Assembly (NCBI GenBank): GCA_964016885.1
Contig: OZ024741.1
Location: 260,152,001-260,216,000, forward strand
DNA length: 64,000 nt
Source of the DNA: Eledone cirrhosa
Lineage: Eukaryota
Direction: 5' to 3'
Of the stretch, positions 61,201 through 64,000 are shown piece after piece; positions within the stretch are counted from its first letter, which is position 1, and every line of letters begins with the position of its first letter. The notes beneath the pieces were generated by a model. That model saw only the letters and a list, made by a program, of their open reading frames with translations, had not been told where the DNA came from and did no database searches. The position numbers and the translations under genes were made by a program.

Positions 61201-64000
61201 TGCCAGTGTTGTTGTTGTTGCTGTTTTCTCTGTCAGTGCCAGTGTTATTTTTGCAGTTTTCTCTGTCAGTGCCAGTGTTGTTGTTGTTGCTGTTTTCTGT
61301 GTCAGTGCCATTGTTATTGCTGTTGTTGCTGTTTTCTGTGTCAGTGCCAGTGTTGTAGTTGTTGCTGTTTTCTCTGTCAGTGCCAGTGTTGTTGTTGTTG
61401 CTGTTTTCTCTGTCAATGCCAGTGTTGTTGTTGTTGCTATTTTCACTGTCAGTGCCAGTGTTGTTGTTGTTGCTATTTTCACTGTCAGTGCCAGTGTTGT
61501 TGTTGCTGTTTTCTCTGTCAGTGTCAGTGTTGTTGTAGTTGTTGCTGTTTTCTTTGTCAGTGCCAGTGTTGTTGTTGTTGCTGTTTTCTCTGTCATTGCC
61601 AGTGTTGTAGTTGTTGCTGTTTTCTCTGTCAGTGCCAGTGTTGTTGTTGTTGCTGTTTTCTCTGTCAATGCCAGTGTTGTTGTTGTTGCTATTTTCACTG
61701 TCAGTGCCAGTGTTGTTGTTGTTGCTATTTTCACTGTCAGTGCCAGTGTTGTTGTTGTTACTGTTGCTGTTTTCTGTGTCAGTGCCAGAGTTGTTGTTGT
61801 TACTGTTGCTGTTTTCTCTGTCCGTGCCAGTGTTGTTGTAGTTGTTGCTGTTTTCTGTGTCAGTGCCAGTGTTGTTGTAGTTGTTGCTGTTTACTGTGTC
61901 AGTGCCAGTGTTGTTGTAGTTGTTGCTGTTTTCTCTGTCAATGCCAGTGTTGTTGTAGTTGTTGCTGTTTTCTCTGTCAGTGCCAGTGTTGTTGTAGTTG
62001 TTGCTGTTTTCTGTGTCAGTGCCAGTGTTGTTGTTGTTGCTGTTTTCTCTGTCAGTGCCAGTGTTGTTGTAGTTGTTGCTGTTTTCTCTGTCAGTGCCAG
62101 TGTTGTTGTAGTTGTTGTAGTTGTTGCTGTTTTCTGTGTCAGTGCCAGTGTTGTTGTAGTTGTTGCTGTTTTCTCTGTCAGTACCAGTGTTGTTGTTGTT
62201 GTTGCTGTTTTCTCTGTCAGTGCCAGTGTTGTAGTTGTTGCTGTTTTCTCTGTCAGTGCCAGTTTTGTTGTAGTTGTTGCTGTTTTCTGTGTCAGTGCCA
62301 GTGTTGTTGTAGTTGTTGCTGTTTTCTCTGTCAGTGCCAGTGTTGTTGTTGTTGTTGCTGTTTTCTCTGTCAGTGTTGTTGTTGTTGCTATTTTCACTGT
62401 CAGTGCCAGTGTTGTTGTTGTTGCTGTTTTCTGTGTCAGTGCCAGTGTTGTTGTTGTTGTTGCTGTTTTCTGTGTCAGTGCCAGTGTTGTTGTTGTTACT
62501 GTTGCTGTTTTCTGTGTCAGTGCCAGTCTTGTTGTTGTTACTGTTGCTGTTTTCTGTGCCAGTGCCAGTGTTATTGTTGCTGTTGTTGCTGTTTTCTGTG
62601 TCAGTGCCACTGTTGTTGTTGCTGTTTTCTGTGTCAGTGCCAGTGTTGTTGTAGTTGTTGCTGTTTTCTCTATCAGTGCCAGTGTTGTTGTTGTTGCTGC
62701 TTTCTCTGTCAGTGCCAGTGTTGTTGTTGTTGCTGTTTTCTCTGTCAATGCCAGTGTTGTTGTTGTTGCTATTTTCACTGTCAGTGCCAGAGTTGTTGTT
62801 GTTACTGTTGCTGTTTTCTGTGCCAGTGTTGTTGTAGCTGTTGCTGTTTTCTGTGTCAGTGACAGTGTTGTTGTAGTTGTTGCTGTTTACTGTGTCAGTG
62901 CCAGTGTTGTTGTAGTTGTTGCTGTTTTCTCTGTCAATGCCAGTGTTGTTGTAGTTGTTGCTGTTTTCTCTGTCAGTGCCAGTGTTGTTGTAGTTGTTGC
63001 TGTTTTCTGTGTCAGTGCCAGTGTTGTTGTTGTTGCTGTTTTCTCTGTCAGTGCCAGTGTTGTTGTAGTTGTTGCTGTTTTCTCTGTCAGTGCCAGTGTT
63101 GTTGTAGTTGTTGCTGTTTTCTGTGTCAGTGCCAGTGTTGTTGTAGTTGTTGCTGTTTTCTCTGTCAGTGCCAGTGTTGTTGTTGTTGTTGCTGTTTTCT
63201 CTGTCAGTGCCAGTGTTGTAGTTGTTGCTGTTTTCTCTGTCAGTGCCAGTGTTGTTGTAGTTGTTGCTGTTTTCTGTGTCAGTGCCAGTGTTGTTGTTGT
63301 TGCTGTTTTCTGTGTCAGTGCCAGTGTTGTTGTTGTTGTTGCTATTTTCACTGTCAGTGCCAGTGTTGTTGCTGTTGATGTTTTCTCTGTCAGTGCCAGT
63401 GATGTTGTAGTTGTTGCTGTTTTCTGTGTTAGTGCCAGTGTTGTTGTAGTTGTTGCTGTTTTCTGTGTCAGTGCCAGTGTTGTTGTTGTTGTTGCTGTTT
63501 TCTCTGTCAGTGCCAGTGTTGTTGTAGTTGTTGCTGCTTTCTCTGTCAGTGCCAGTGTTGTTGTAGTTGCTGCTGTTTTCTGTGTCAGTGCCAGTGTTGT
63601 TGTTGTTGCTGTTTTCTCTGTCAGTGCCAGTGTTGTTGTAGTTGTTGCTGTTTTCTGTGTCAGTGCCACTGTTGTTGTTGCTGTTTTCTGTGTCAGTGCC
63701 AGTGTTGTTGTTGTTGCTGTTTTCTCTGTCAGTGCCAGTGTTGTTTTTGCAGTTTTCTCTGTCAGTGCCAGTGTTGTTGTTGTTGCTGTTTTCTGTGTCA
63801 GTGCCATTGTTATTGCTGTTGTTGCTGTTTTCTGTGTCAGTGCCAGTGTTGTTGTTGCTGTTGTTGCTGTTTTCTGTGTCAGTGCCAGTGTTGTTGCTGT
63901 TGCTGTTTTCTCTGCCAGTGTCAGTGTTGTTGTAGTTGTTGCTGTTTTCTCTGTCAGTGCCAGTGTTGTAGTTGTTGCTGTTTTCTGTGTCAGTGCCAGT
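31252..64000 (-). repeat. Satellite B, reverse orientation (G/T-rich on the + strand)
   Basis: TGTTGTTGTAGTTGTTGCTGTTTTCT(G/C)TGTCAGTGCCAG tandem array, the reverse complement of 28092-31051, running to the window end (about 880 monomers by length). No non-repeat interruption seen. Confidence 0.98.
52000..64000 (-). repeat. Satellite B subdomain with ~2.5-2.7 kb higher-order repetition
   Basis: Matching variant strings at offsets 2714 (52481/55195, 52883/55597, 53036/55750), 2558 (54259/56817), 2565 (59326/61891, 59748/62313) and 2496 (60391/62887, 61146/63642). Confidence 0.82.

Noticed and set aside
34843-62862. Cys-rich ORFs resembling metallothionein or keratin-associated proteins; poly-Val and poly-Leu membrane-like ORFs
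   Set aside because: These are alternative frames of (TGT/GTT/TTG)n within satellite B.
28092-64000. Satellite B as telomerase-added telomeric repeat or telomere fusion
   Set aside because: Although G/T strand-biased, the monomer is long and variable, lacks G-runs, and shows kb-scale block duplications typical of recombination. The inversion coincides with an assembly gap.

Overview
The window is almost entirely non-coding tandem repeat, most likely from a chromosome-scale eukaryotic assembly; I can support no gene, RNA gene, intact mobile element or CRISPR array. (1) 1-28091: satellite A, a CpG-rich 16-bp repeat (consensus TCGTAAGTCGAAACAC) with ordered monomer variants and nested duplications (about 0.54, 1.48 and 6.8-8.1 kb), interrupted by 11 near-identical copies of a 69-bp AT-rich spacer. 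(2) About 28092-28130: an abrupt junction with 4-bp microhomology and a 33-bp locally templated insertion. (3) 28092-64000: satellite B, an unrelated, nearly CpG-free 33-42 bp repeat (CTGGCACTGACASAGAAAACAGC followed by AAC/TAC triplets) that changes orientation exactly across a 200-N scaffold gap (31052-31251). All long ORFs are artefacts of repeat periodicity. The best leads are the resemblance of satellite A to pogo/Tigger subterminal repeats and to CENP-B-box geometry (recalled from memory, needs a Dfam check), the recurring spacer, and the junction scar. The sequence alone does not show a new coding system.
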